A stretch of DNA of 63,994 bases, the filler included, from Sphacelaria rigidula (Eukaryota): the NCBI GenBank assembly GCA_964200075.2. It is 4 parts of 4 records of this genome, joined end to end, with 100 filler letters (N's around TTAATTAATTAA, not from the genome) between each part and the next. Parts side by side here need not be neighbours in the genome. Positions count along the whole stretch, not along the records: positions 1 to 16,007 come from CAXNAA020001522.1; positions 16,108 to 32,113 come from CAXNAA020001523.1; 2 more parts are not named here. The stretch is one strand, 5' to 3'. Each line of letters opens with the position of its first letter. The first letter of the stretch is position 1. Shown here piece after piece: positions 12,431-25,490 of the stretch. A model generated the notes under the pieces. The model was given only the letters and a program-made list of their open reading frames with translations, did no database searches and had not been told where the DNA came from. The translations under genes and the position numbers were made by a program.

Positions 12431-15400
12431 GGAGGCATCATCCATATTGCAGTTCCACTGAATAGATTCGGTCCAAATTTGGAAATACATTCGTGGACAA
12501 ATCGTGTTGGCGATGGTGAGCAGCGGGATTGAAATACACACGCTGATGATCCTCCGGGACAAGATTTCGGTCGGAAGATTGGTCGGGACACGGAGTGTCT
12601 TTGACGGTCGTCGGTGAACCCGCCGAGTGTTGAATTTCGTATACTGTAAAAAGAGATGGGCGATGCCTGGGAAGGGTAGGTATTGTGGATGGACGCGACA
12701 TCTGTTTCGCTTGTTTTGGGATACCTTGATCGCCCGCAACATGTAGCGAAGCATCAGGTTACGAAGCTGAGGGGGGGTTATAGCATCTAGTACGGACCAA
12801 CGAGGGGACGATTCGGCAAGGGGCGGAGGTGAGTTGGCCATACCATTCAACTCGCTGCCCGTCGTAGTTGGGGCTAACGTTGGTACAACAGGGGACGAGT
12901 CGTCGGGCGTGGACGGCTCGTCGGTCTTTTTATATGAAGACTCAGACGTGAGGATTCCATGACAAGGAGACGAACGCCCAATAGGTAGCGAAGTAGCTGA
13001 CAAGAGACGGCAACGCTAAGTCAGTGGTAGGTTCCAACATAGTGTGTGAGGGGTCGACAGGGAGCAGTTTTGATTTATTCGAAATCTGGGAAACACCGGC
13101 CTGGTCGACTGTACGGCCTTCATCTAATGAAACCCACACCCGCTCACAATCGCGGTGAGAAGGTGCAACTGCGTTATCAGGGATATCTACAGGGTCATCT
13201 GGAGGAGCCCGCCAAGGGTGACGCATATAGCGCACCAAAGGTTCGGCTGCTCCGGGGGTTATTGGGAATTGGTCAAGGACAATACGCCCTCGGTCATGCT
13301 CATGGCGCTCCACCGGCGCTGTTACTTGGGGTTTCTTCCCAACCCGCTGAGCGACGGAAAGCCAGGGTTCGTTATGGTTTCGCTCCGTGCAGAGAAAATC
13401 ACGCTCACCAAATACAAGGGGACCGGGCACCGACGCAAATTCGTCCACGGGTGTAACGGGGGTCGACTTGCCACCTGAACCTGTTTGAGGGCTGGTGTGT
13501 GGCCTTGATTTTCATATGCTACGATGAGCGGTCGCAGGGGTAACAGCTACCGCGCAAAAATATGTACCTGCTTCGGGTGTGGGAGGTGTTACGCTACATG
13601 ACTGCCGATCCCGCAAGGAAAAAGGATCCAATTGGCTATAATTACCACCACTTGGAGGTAAAACTGCGCGTGCAGCTCCAGAATTAAGACACTAGGGGGG
13701 GTGATTGCTCACTTGGGAGCCATGCAATGGTGCACGGGATTTTGCTGCCATGGAACCCATCATGACAGTCTGATCAAGCCCAGTGTATCCGCACCACAAA
13801 CCTGAACCTGTGCCAGCCGACATTGATTCAGTTCCATGATGTGTGTCTACTCGCCGAGCGAAAGAAAAAGGGGGGGCACTTCCGCGGCGTTGTGTCGACA
13901 ACCGTTGGTTCCTTAACGTGGGCCTGTGCCAGATAATGAGGTATGAAGGGGAAGGGTAATCATGACGGTCAGAGGGCGACAGCTCAATTACGCGAGCATT
14001 CACACACTCGGGGTTACCCCCTGAACGCTATTCGGAAACGCGGGGTTTTGTACATTTCCAAACCACCGTCAGGTGATGCGTTTAGCATCATTGAAGGAAC
14101 GGAAATCAATCTGGCGGGGCTTGGCCGTTGTGCGAGGTCCAATGGCGAGGGAAAGTTTGCAGTCTTATGATTGCCCCTGTGCATGCGGGTGAAGGGCGCC
14201 AGAATGGGATATGAGCAAGCTTGGGCCGAAAGCATTAGCGTCCGAGCCTGAAAAACCGACTGATTGCACTGTTGATTGAGATTACTGTGATCACTACCGT
14301 AGTTACAATATCGAATCGGGGGCGGTTCTTTGACCCGCGCGATTCGCGATGTTGAGGGCGACGGTACAAACCCATACGCATTTGCCAGGTATGCCAGCAC
14401 TGTGAGGATTTGGCTCAAAGAGAAATTGTTTCAGCACACCGAACGCGTTCGTGAAAGGGTTCTCACAGGTGCGCATCGAAGATATGGACAGGTAATCGGC
14501 CATGGAATACCCAGTATGCTCACGAAACCAAATGCCACAACATTGACACGTATCCTTACAGGGGCAGATCAAGTCAGTCTGAATGAGGGGTCGACGTAAC
14601 GGGTTCATATCGATGTTTTCGAAATGGTTCGTGGGGGTAATGATTGATGTGTATACCGCCAAATTTCTGGTGCGAAAAGCTAACGAGGGAATCGACTGGT
14701 GAACACGACGGGGGTTTGCTCCGTCGCTGAAACATGAACCAACGGACTGACTTGGTCCATACATGATTCATTTCAGCCAGCGAGACGGACAGTGGCATGC
14801 ATTGGTGCTGCTGGAAATTGAATCAAGAAGGGCAAGAAAGTAAGAAATTGGCATGAGACTCCGTTGTTCTCGTAGAGGCTGGCTGCAAATGACGGGTTTT
14901 ATTCGCCATGCAGCTTAGTGCACACCGCACATTCACCCGGCCCATCACCCAATTAAAGAGATGTTGGGGCGAGGTAAATGTCGAAAAAGAATAAAAGGGT
15001 CGAAGGAACGACCCAATCAAAAGAGCGCTTGGCATAAGTGATTGTTTCTATGCAGTACGATACAGAGATATCGAAGTTTAAATAATGCCGCCATGGAAAA
15101 CAAATACTGTATTCACGAGGCACAGCGAACAGCGACGCCAGCTTGTCCTATTTTGAGCGTTTGGGAAGATCTGGCAACTCGAAAAACAGTAAGTAACGCG
15201 ATTCGCAGCTGTAAGGAGGCAGAATCCCGACACTCTGGTGCACAGCTCAACTGACGGTATCCGTCGGCAGTATCGTGATGCCCGCTGCAATTGGCTGAGG
15301 TGGAAGTTCGGTGACATGCAGTACAGACGGGCAATCGAAATACACTAGCAACCCAAAACAGTGCCATATCTATAGTACAATACAGACCACGTAGCACAGG

Positions 15401-15750
15401 CAGTATGACCCAGTACAGTGCAGTATCGTATCAGACCATACAACAGTACCGGATAGTACAAGGTCATATGTAGGGTCAATAAGATGAAGAAGGTTTGTGC
15501 AGTACCGACAGTATCAAACACAATCGAAAATATACACGGTGCACAACGAGTTGTGTAGTCGGACGGTGTCGTATTACAGTTTGGGCACCAATACCGCACA
15601 GGTTTTCAACACAGTACAGTAGTACAGACTTTGCGGTAAGATACCGCATGTACTACATAATATTATGGTTGTAACACTTGTGAAACGGTCATCTCAAGCA
15701 AGTCCAATGCGCATGATGCCGTCTTGTGTCGAAGGGGAAAGGAGGCGAGG

Positions 15751-15993
15751 GGTTTAGTACACATAGATCATAGATTTCGGTATTATGTATGTGTTGAAGA
15801 TAGTCTGCATGTTGAAGCACCGCGGTTATCGAAACAAGAGGGGGCCGCGCGCGGGGGGGGGTCTAGTACAGCATAGATAATATTTTGGTATGTGTTGAAG
15901 ATATTCAACAACACAATCCGGGGTCGGCATGTTGAACCATCCCCGCTATCGAAACAAGAAGAGGCCGCGCGCGCGGGGGGGGGGCGGGGGGGG
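15751..15993. repeat. Degenerate tandem repeat (~110-130 bp unit) ending in G-runs
   Basis: Two units of TAGTACA...TATGTGTTGAAGATA...GCATGTTGAA...TATCGAAACAAGA...GGCCGCGCGCGGGGGGGG. Confidence 0.75.
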
Positions 15994-16007
15994 AGGCGTA
16001 CTCATTT

Positions 16008-16107
16008 NNNNNNNNNNNNNNNNNNNNNNNNNNNNNNNNNNNNNNNNNNNNTTAATTAATTAANNNNNNNNNNNNNNNNNNNNNNNNNNNNNNNNNNNNN
16101 NNNNNNN
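16008..16107. other. Artificial contig-join spacer
   Basis: 44 N + TTAATTAATTAA (stops in six frames) + 44 N. Confidence 0.97.
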
Positions 16108-16272
16108 GATATGCTCAAGTCGCACTGATTTGGTAAACCTGACAAGTTGTGGTGTTCTCGGGAAATGTTTTCTTTACAGCTGGACCAGCTCGTACCACCA
16201 AGGAAGAGGCACGACCATATACCAAACTCCCTGAAAACCCGAGAAAAAGACCACATGATACCATGTACGCAC

Positions 16273-17824
16273 ATCATGATGAAAAGAAGACCGTCGCACA
16301 ATGCGGGGCGTCGTCCTCGTGCCTCCCGGCCCCGCCACCACCGCCCTCTTCATCCCCAAATTAGTCAGGTAGTCTTTCCGAATGTCTCGTCGGGGAAGCG
16401 GGGGCGGCGACCCCGGATGGCCCGCAGCGCCGCTGCTAAGTCCGTCGACCAGAAAGGCGTCGATGCGAGACAGTACAGAGTCGCCGGCGGCGGCAGTAAC
16501 GTCGGCCGACGACATCGATATCGATCGCCGACGCGCCGGGGGACGATGATGATCTCTACCATACGCACCGAGTTTCGTCTCAGTAGTCTCTTCCGAATCA
16601 CGGTTGGGCAGCTCGCGCTCTGCTGTTGTATGTGGAGCAGGTGACGTCACACTGCTAGCATCAGCAGCGGTGGACTCGCCGCTGCTGCTACAGACTCTTG
16701 CACTGCCGGCCACAGCGCAAATAGGTGGATTGGTGCTGTCGACAGCAGCGACAACAGGTATAACGGTCTTGTCTTCTGCCAGCGGCGGTTGTCCAGCTTC
16801 TACACCAACAATCGTTACCTCTGCCGACAAAGCTGACACCTCCAAAACCAACGATTCCGTATTTCGTTCTCTGCTTCCCTCTCCCTCACTGTTCTTCCCT
16901 TGCTCTCTTTGTTCCTGAACATCCTTGTCCTCCACCTGGACAATTCCGTCGATATCCTCTTTGGCTTCGTTCGATCTCAAAATATCAGGGCCAGCACTGA
17001 CGCTCCTGATAGCCGCATCTGCCAGTAGCACCGCTGTGGTTGTCGCCGTGGCTATCGCCGTGACTGTCGCGGTCGGCGATGCATCCGCCGTCGGCGATGC
17101 TGTTCTTGAACAAATTTCCAAACCCTGGTCAACGTTATCCGCCGCCATTCTACCCTTCTCTGCCGCCTCGGCTCTAGCGGCACCGCCAAAGTCATGCAGG
17201 CCGTCATACAGCTGTGCCAAATATTCCTCCGTCGATGCTGTATTCCTCGCCGCCGGTTGTACTCGCTCAGCCTCAATTGGCGCTTGCGCTTGCCTTACTA
17301 CACCTACACCCTTGCTCTCCGCTACGCCGTCCTGCCTGTTGCCCACTCCTCCCTCCCCCCTCGTTTGTGCCTCCAACTTTGCAGTCGGCGCCAATACCCT
17401 CACCCCGCCCGAGCACGCCCGCGCGCCCTTGGAGACCACTCCACGAACGGGGGAGCGGGTTCCCGGGCGACAGGGCGAACCTTCTGCGATCATCGGCGCT
17501 GGGGGCGAGTTCGTCCGGCCGTCGGCCGACGCAAACCGCGGGGCCAACAGTTGCCGCGTGCCGGCAGCAGGATGGGAATTTTGAGCGGCGGTGGGGATGA
17601 TTTGTGATGTATCAGTGGTTCCGGCGAGGGCGCCGTCTCCGCCACCGCCGGCTCCGGAGGAGGAGGGTAGTGCGGCAGAACAACCCTCGTTGTTGACGTC
17701 GAGTGACGGGGTGGACTGCTGCTGTGCTTGGGCTGGTTGGGCTGGTTGGGCTGGTTGTTGTAGTGGAGGACATTCCTGCTCTGTGGCTGAGGGGTCTGAA
17801 GTTCCAGCATCAGAGTTGCCGGGT
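16273..17824 (-). CDS. Internal exon of gene A (low-complexity, A/S/P/G/E-rich hypothetical protein); gene continues beyond the gap
   Basis: Lies within ORF 16174..17964. Acceptor ...cattacataaacag|ACCC (phase 2), donor CATGAT|gtgcgt (phase 0). Confidence 0.75.
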
Positions 17825-18644
17825 CTGTTTATGTAATGTTGGGAATAACCAACCAAAGGAGGAACGATCGCGCGGAGGAAGGGGGAGAGGGAGGTGGGTT
17901 TACATAGACTCACTGCTTTGTAGAACAGCGTGAGTGAACCACACAGTCCATTCCTTTGCGACACAAGTACACTTCACCTGCCATTTGGCGTGGAATAGTG
18001 AATTTTTATCGGTTCTCCTTTCGCGACATTTTTTATCGGTTCTACTTCCGCGAAAGTTTCTGCAAAATAATATCGATATCTCGAACCAACCAGCATATTG
18101 TGTCCCAACGCTGTGCCGTGCTTTCACGCATGGGTCCAGTGACGTTATGGCGGCCGGGCGAGGTCCGCTTGTTCTCTAGCATACGTTGGCTACGGTATGA
18201 TACACTTCACCCCGTGTGTGCGTGTATGATAGCCAGCTTGGCATGGCCACACGGCGGCCATATACACCATCTTCTACACGTCGACAGAACAGCGCACATA
18301 TGATGTACGAGGTATGATACGTGATGTTGCGTCAGATGTTGCATTTGGAAGACTTGCTGTTTGTGGCTCACTTCCTGTGCCGTCAGCAACCGCTGGTCTG
18401 TATCATGTATATACACACTTGAAAAAGGCAAGAGTGCAACAGTTTTCAAGAGACTGTACTGCGCTATACCACTACGTGGTCGTACAAGATCATGTTGCGA
18501 TTTGGCCATTAACTGGTAGCAGGCGTTTTTTCGAGATGGCACCCGCGTACGAAAAAAGGCGTGTACTGACGGCAGATTATGACAAACGTGTATCCTACTA
18601 TCTGTACTGTACTGTGCCGCTGTGCATATATAAACACAAACCAT

Positions 18645-18737
18645 AGTGTTTCAGTTTTGCTTTTCTAGGATACGTCTATCATGCCACCACGGCTGGACCC
18701 CTGGGGGGTGGGTTAAAGTGCGGCAATCAATCAAATC
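18645..18737 (+). mobile_element. LINE 3' tail fragment with (CAAT)n end
   Basis: ACGTCTAT...ACGGCTGGA...CTGGGGG is shared with 58150-58213, which follows an RTE-like C-terminal ORF remnant. A related tail is at 56903-56950. Confidence 0.55.
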
Positions 18738-19403
18738 ATAGATGGGATCTTCGAAGGGGAAGATCGAGATAAATATCATTTCTACCCAGAGCGAATCGAA
18801 ATCCTGGAGAGGGGCCATTGTCGACTATTGTACGATGTACATCATCTTCCAGCGCCCCTGATGCGCATGTATCATGATAAAAATAACAATGGCAGTGAAA
18901 ACACGAAAACCGGTAGTGTAGTTTAGCTGGATAATATGGATAATATGCTGCTGTTGTCTTCACTTTCAAAACCATCATGATATTTGCGCAGTACTTCTAT
19001 CTTCTGTACAAAGTGCATATCGCCGAATTAGGTTACGCCTCTCGAACGTCATGACAGGTGAAGCAATTTTGTATTGACTGTTGACCATGAAGACTTCGGG
19101 GTCGAATTAATATGATACATGGAGCAGTCAGTGACAGCCGTCACGGCTATACGATGTTCGCGCATTGTGGTGTGCGGTGTACCCACCGAGCAGGTTTTAA
19201 CGTCTTCACCGTGGGATATCGGACGTTGTGCAGCCCCAGCAGTGGCAGGGGCTTACCAAGTGAATATTCAGCATTCAATTTTCATCGCACATATCAACAG
19301 TCAAGTCTCTGTGGTACTTCGTGCACTCCGTTTGTCGCTTAGTAAGACTAGTTTCAATCTGTTCTACAGAAACGGCAAAACGGTAAAACAGCAAGCTCGA
19401 GCG

Positions 19404-19553
19404 GTTGTTATTGTCTTCACATTAAATACCGTTTCGATGTCTGCGCTGTACTCTGTACTCGGCATCTGATGCGGACGCCTATCGTGGTCGTGGGCTAACT
19501 ACCCAAAATAGGGTATACTGAAATGAAATAATAAAGTTAGACCCAGAAAAATT
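19404..19553 (-). mobile_element. RTE LINE 3' end (distal part, split by the hAT insertion)
   Basis: Reverse complement aligns with 54150-54300 (TTTCTGGGT...GGGTAGTTAGCC...GGCGTCCGCATCAGATG...AGTACAGAGTAC...GAAGACAA). Confidence 0.85.
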
Positions 19554-21149
19554 CCGGGGTATACACGTTACACCTGCCACACCGTTACACGTTACGTTTT
19601 GGCCGAAACGTAACGTGAACGTCAACTTTTAATACATGATGAACGTAACGTGACCGTCACGTTAACCCTTTTGGAACTCACAATGGAAAATTGATCATTT
19701 GTAATTGACGGTTTTTGAGCAAGATATGGTTGGTGGTTCATAGCTTAGACGCAACAATTTTGGCCAAACGCGTATTTGTCAGACCCGTACGAGTGACGAG
19801 TGGAACAAGAGAAGGTTTCCTATTTTCTTGCTGCGATCCGTCGGCTTTTTTTTCTACACTCATGAGGTCCTTCCTCGGCCACAGTGCGCGGCAGGCCTCT
19901 GTGAAGCATGCTTCCGGCCTGACTTGCACGCCCTGCCCGCTGCATTTATACTTTTTGCAGTGTCACGGCAACAAGGGCAACGCCGATGGCACATTCGCTA
20001 AGTGTATGGACTGGCGGTATGCAATCCCAGGCAGTCACCTTTCCGTGCCGCTGGGGGTGCTGCGATACTGCCCTGTACAGTACTGGGTGTGTTTACAGCA
20101 GTTTGGGGTAATCTCGACTGCAGACTCACGTCATGCACAACATCGCGCTCATGCACGTTCCGACAGCACCATCCCGCCCTTTGAAGAATGGGTAAAGGCG
20201 ACGCAGACGCCATGTGCCCTGCAGTTATGCACCGTCAATGTGGTGTAGAGTCTGCCAAGTGCCGTTACCCCAGGGATGACACCTTACTGCTTCGTGTCAT
20301 GTCTGTATTGTGTTTTGAAAATATCTCTGTAAAACGGGGGGCATGCACAGAACTGCGCTCTGCCAAGTACGTGCCGACAACATCATACTTCGGGCTGACT
20401 ATTACACTACGGCGTAGCGAAAGGCACAGTTGCCCCACCACATCTATACCGCGGGTTGATCGTTCCCGACCATTGCGTAGACATACTTCATGCTGCATGA
20501 GATTCATGATGCCGGCTACCGCTATCGTCTCGTGCCGTCTACTCTCGTGGCCGACTTTTCACGACATGCCCATATTCATCTTGCACGGAGTGTAGCCGCA
20601 AGCCAATACTGTAACCTACTGTACTTACTGACTGTAGTGTTTTTCATCTGGCCTGATTACGGTAGCGGTGTCCGTCGGCTCCCTCCCGTGTACATGTATA
20701 TCGCCTGTTCGGACGCCTGCGATTACACCCGCCATGTACCGCCCGCACAACCCACTGTGCCTTCCACATGTGGTGATGGGATTTCGCTGGGTTCAGCCAT
20801 ACTACTGTGCTGTATGTGCGGTGTGGCTTGGCAAACTCGCCACCCGATGCTGCAGCCGGTCAAAGCGGTGCTTCCTTTATGTACAAATGCTAATGTACAA
20901 ACGTGCTACGTTGGACCCTGGAGCCCATTGCTATTTTTTGTAACGTGCCAAACGAAACATAATGTGAACATTGCCCAAACGTTCAAAACACGTAATATGA
21001 AACGCTTCATGGAACATGTAACGTCTCCTTCACGTTACACGTGCAACAGACGTTACATGCCGCACGAAACGTCATAAACACGTTGCATAAAGCGGTGCAA
21101 GCTTGCAATGAATTTTTGAAATCCTACAAGACACAGTAACTACTATACA

Positions 21150-21360
21150 ACGGTACAAGTACAGGCCGTGTATTTTGCCAACAGTACAAGGTTACAAGTA
21201 CAGGCTGTACCTGTAACCTTGTACTAGTCTACTGTATTTCCGACTTCAGCATGTCCTCTGCAAGCACACTATTGTAAGGTTACAAGTACAGGACTTACTC
21301 CCGAACACACCTGTACTCGCCAACACAGTATTGCAGTGCAAGGTTATAAGTACAGGCTGT
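21150..21360. repeat. Cluster of (AAGGT)TACAAGTACAGG repeats including a 43-bp hairpin (21183-21225)
   Basis: Four direct copies plus the inverted arrangement AGTACAAGGTTACAAGTACAG-G-CTGTACCTGTAACCTTGTACT (1 mismatch). Confidence 0.75.
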
Positions 21361-21877
21361 AGTTGCGAACACAGCACAAGGTGGCTGCTGTACTTTGCAA
21401 CTACAACAGACAGTAGCAGGACGAGGATACAAACACCCTGCACTTTGCACACACTTATGGGTAGGAATGGGGGCTCTAACGACCAAATATCGACACAAGA
21501 TTTAAACTAAAAGATAATGCGGAGGAATAATGAACACGTCAGTAGGTGGTCGGACCTGTGCCGAGGCCCTCACGAACAGAACACATGCTTCGTCACTTAT
21601 TCACTTGGTTCACAGGCTGGGCCGGCTGAGAAGCTCACTTTCCTTCAGCCCGTTCCAACTGACGATGTATCGCGAGTTGTGCCTACTATGACACATCGTA
21701 GTAATGGGCAAATCAGCGNNNNNNNNNATACCAAACTGCAGGCAAGTGCGAAAGTGTGTAGAATTGAGGGTACAATGTGCGGCGGAATTAGCCAAAAGAA
21801 AGCGGCTGAGATTGGATTTTCGGTTACAGTCAGTTTTGTGCCGCTTGGTACCGCGCAAGCTGCAGAACGATTCCTGA

Positions 21878-22131
21878 GCTCAATACTCAGTCGTTTTCGA
21901 TGAAATTTTGACATGATGTACAGGACGGATGTGCAAACATCCCTTCGTTCCTTCCTTCTTTTTTCTCCGTGAGTTATTGGCGATGGAACATTTCAGAATA
22001 GATTTTCGGAACAAAATTACCAACAACTCACGCAGAAAAACAAAAAAGAACATAAAAGGAAAGGTTTCGTATTCGCACATACGTCCTGTACATCGCGTCA
22101 AATTTTCATCGAAAACTGCTTGAAATTGAAC
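21878..22131. mobile_element. Fold-back (palindromic) MITE-like unit, copy 1
   Basis: Long inverted arms GTTTTCGATGAAATTTTGAC...GATGTACAGGACG / CGTCCTGTACATC...GTCAAATTTTCATCGAAAAC. Confidence 0.8.
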
Positions 22132-22210
22132 AGCATAAATGCGTTTGAATTATTATTAACTGGTCCACCTCCATATACTATAGTGATCGATCGGTTGTGG
22201 ACGGAATGAC

Positions 22211-22492
22211 GCATGTTCTTCGCTCAATTTTGGATCGTTCTCGATGAAATTTTGACGCGATGTTCAGGACGTATGCGCGAATACCAAAGCTTCCATCACC
22301 TGTATTTTTTTTCCTCCGTGAGTTATTGGCGACGGAACGTTTCAAAACAGTTTTTTCGGAACAAAATTGTCATTAACTCACGAGGGGAGGGAAAAAAGAA
22401 CAGGATATGGGAGGTTTGGTATTCGCACATACGTTCTGTACATCGTGCCAAAATTTCATCGAAAACGATCCAAAATTGAGCGAAGAATATGC
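22211..22492. mobile_element. Fold-back MITE-like unit, copy 2
   Basis: Inverted arms of ~110 bp, GCATGTTCTTCGCTCAATTTTGGATCGTT... / ...AACGATCCAAAATTGAGCGAAGAATATGC. Homologous to copy 1, including the loop. Confidence 0.85.
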
Positions 22493-22929
22493 ATTTCAAC
22501 ATTCCTGGTGGCTTCTTGGGCGGCCCAGCTCGTGGTATGGAAGACCTGTAGCACTGGAGATCGCTCGGTTCTCGGTACAGGAAGCAAGCCGGTCCATGGC
22601 ACTTGACAGTCCTCCGCATACACACAAGATCTAGGGGACCTAGTTTGATATTTTGCTGGCGTCGCGTCAGCGGCCCGGAAAGCCACCTACTTAGCGGAAA
22701 ATATATTATTTTTAGTATATTTGGGTTACTTGCGAGTCAGCATCATGCGCGAACGCGAAAAACAAACTAGGCGACGTAGCTTGGGTGTATGGGAAGCGCA
22801 CGCAAGAAACCGCAGTGCAATCCCCCGCTCCGTTGCCGAGTTGTAAGCGTTGCGCGATCGGCACTTTTGGGTTGAGGATCAGTAGCGTCTTTCGAGGTTA
22901 AACATGGCAAATTAAAAAAATCGGTGGGC

Positions 22930-23495
22930 ATATTTTTTTCCCTGCCGCAAGCAAGTTGTGACGACATGCACTTTGGTTGAGTGCCCCCAGGCGCTGCTCT
23001 GTTCTGTGCGGCTGTGCACAAAGGGCAATTTCGCCTTTCAACGGCGAGTATCTTTTCAAGTGTCGAAATACAGAGGGAGAGGTGACAGAAGAAAGACAAA
23101 GCTGGCGGCTATTTCGTGTCAGGGCTCCAGTGCAGAAGCCAAGGCGTCGAGAGCGATTTCAGTATGTGCGTTACATCTGGTGGCGACTGGGGTCATGTAT
23201 TTGGTAACTGTCTGTGTATACTACTACTAGTATCGTAATGAGATGCAAATCATGCAATGTTTGACAAGCTTCGTTTTGAGTAGCGTGTTTTTTTTCTTGG
23301 GGCAAGCAGTGTGTGACGACCGGCGTTTCATTTTTGTGGCATGCCACCAGGTGCTGCTTCGTTCGGTACGGCTGTGCACAAAGGGCAAATTCGCCTTTCA
23401 ACAGCAGGTACCCTTCATGTACTGAGTTGCAGAGATCGAGGTCACACATGAACTTCGGCTGCTGCGTCTGAGGGTTCCAGCGAGAAGCCAAGGCG
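22930..23495. repeat. Diverged direct duplication (~355-bp offset)
   Basis: GGCTGTGCACAAAGGGCAA-TTCGCCTTTCAAC occurs at ~23010 and ~23370 with similar flanks, each followed by AGAAGCCAAGGCG. Confidence 0.75.
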
Positions 23496-24894
23496 CGATG
23501 AGTGATTTTGATTCCAGACTGCGCACTATGTATGCCCAGGTCAGCAGAGGCACGATATTTCAACTGACTGCCTGTACATACTGAAAGTAGGGGAAAATTG
23601 ACCTTGAAAATGTTGATCTGGACAGAGAGAACCAGACCGTGCCCAAGCGACTGACAAGATGATATTCCTTCCATTCATGCCATGACCCTGACCCCATGGA
23701 GCCCATGAGAAATTCACTCTCCAATCCCGCAGTCACAGCTGTGTCTAGGACATGCAGCACGCAGCCATTCCGCACAGCGTGAATCTCTTGATCGCCAACA
23801 TCATCAGCATCGTTCTCAGTAGTTTTCGCATGCGCGACGCCGCTGCTCATGATCTCCAATTTTTCGTACTTTCTCGTCTCACCACTATGTCAGGAACGCC
23901 TTTCACTACAGTTACGTTGGTGTGTAGCGGCCACAACAGCTGCTGTTCGTGCTCTTGTCTTGTTATATTCGCAATGACGGTAAACGTGGGGTGGAAGCTC
24001 GGGGGCGTGTGCTTCCCGAGTGGTACAGACAGAAGCAGGACACTAGCTAGTGCAACAAGATTGTCCATCTACTGATGTGGAGCGAGCTTTCCGGAGGAAC
24101 AATATCACTTAACACCGATCACTCCCAGGCTTGAATAAATGTACTAGAAATATGTTTCATTTCCTATGAGCCAAATCGTCATTTGTAGGTGACGCGTGTA
24201 TTTTCCATTGATATGATTCGTTGGATTACGGGCCACTTCTGACGCATATAGCGTTCAGCTTACACTCTCCAGGAACATAGTACCCAAAATTGACCCCCAT
24301 TCCTACCCATGAGAGTATTAAAGTACGAGGTAGCCAATCATTTGTTCGCGACAACGGGAGGCAGGCTCGCATCTGGCAGCGGTGAAGTCGGCAATGTCTT
24401 TAGTCTTACACCATCTTGACTGTAAGGTTCAAGGCTACATGCAGATGTACAGGATATGACGTCTGCCTCCACTACGGCACACGTGCACGCTCTACTTTGT
24501 TTGCAAACACCCGTAACCGTCTCAGATTTAAAACGAAGTGGGCTCCCAAATTGAAAAAAAACGACTCAAGATCGGTCATAATAAGACGTGTGGGGGCGTA
24601 CTCATTTGTTGCTTGCCTTAGCCGTTTGACCATTGACCTCGTATCCCTTTCGAGACGGAGCCTGCACGTTTCGAACCCGGCCAAGTCGACGGAACGTAGC
24701 TTGGACATCGGTCAAAATATCCTTGCTGGAAAAACTTGCTCCAAAAAAGGGTGGCACGTGGTTTGGGAGGGAGGGGCTGCGATGGACCTGCTCACGATAA
24801 AAGGTGTGGAGGATTTTTATTGTCCCCCATATGAGGGGATATAATTTTTTTCCGCTAGATAACAGTGATTGCCTGGACCGCGGTGTAAAGCTGC

Positions 24895-24966
24895 CATACA
24901 TACATACATGCATACATACATACATACATACATACATACATACATACATACATACATACATACATA
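24895..24966. repeat. (CATA)n microsatellite
   Basis: Direct reading. Confidence 0.97.
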
Positions 24967-25490
24967 CGTACGCCTGCCTTTGACGATCGTGATGAACCAT
25001 CTTATTTGTCGATGCATGGATGTATACATATATAGAACCAAGCGTGCCCGATATAGTTCTGTCTGCGAAATGCCGGGACGACTCAAGCCGGCGTTCAATC
25101 ATGTTCACGATCTGTTGTGTGCACAGTATGTGCTGTCGTGTGAATGACCAAGCATTTAAACATTGAAAATTGAAAATTGAAAATTGAAAACAAGATGTTG
25201 AAAAGAAAAAAGGAGATGTGAAAACATTACGGTCAAAAACGAATGAACGATACTCCATACACTGTACAGAGAGTAACGTTACACGATCAGATTATGCGCC
25301 TACGCTCAAACATACGACGACCATCGTCAGCGTCATGTACACGGTAACGCCACGCGCTACACGACACGTTACAACGCCTTCAACATTGGTAAATGAGCCG
25401 AGATATGCACTGAATGAAACGTTTTATGTTCAAAAGAACCGTTAACGGAGCGTGAACGTGAGCGTGTAACGTGTAACGTGTATACCCCTA

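Larger units (their letters stand above)
19554..25490 (-). mobile_element. hAT-like DNA transposon (5,937 bp including nested insertions) with a transposase relic
   Basis: TIRs ccGGGGTATACACGTTACAC / GTGTAACGTGTATACCCCta, direct repeat GAAAAATT at 19546-19553 and 25491-25498, and subterminal CGTTAC arrays. Minus-strand relics in hAT order: STSVDG (~24070), TTENDAD...GCVLHVLDTAVTAGL (CxxH, ~23825-23720), YLAERSS...EIFSK (hATC-like, ~20390-20270). Confidence 0.85.

Noticed and set aside
16052..16063. TTAATTAATTAA as a biological motif (also 32158 and 48263)
   Set aside because: It sits centred in exactly 44+44 Ns each time, so it is an assembly linker.
16604..17836. Plus-strand ORFs overlapping the gene A exon (likewise antisense ORFs over gene B, the Gypsy elements and the LINE)
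   Set aside because: They are antisense shadows of GC-rich coding sequence with no independent motifs or splice support.
24602..25258. ORFs with YVCM/YIHT repeats (also the CV/HT ORFs near 29343 and the poly-L ORF at 48271)
   Set aside because: These are translations of microsatellites.
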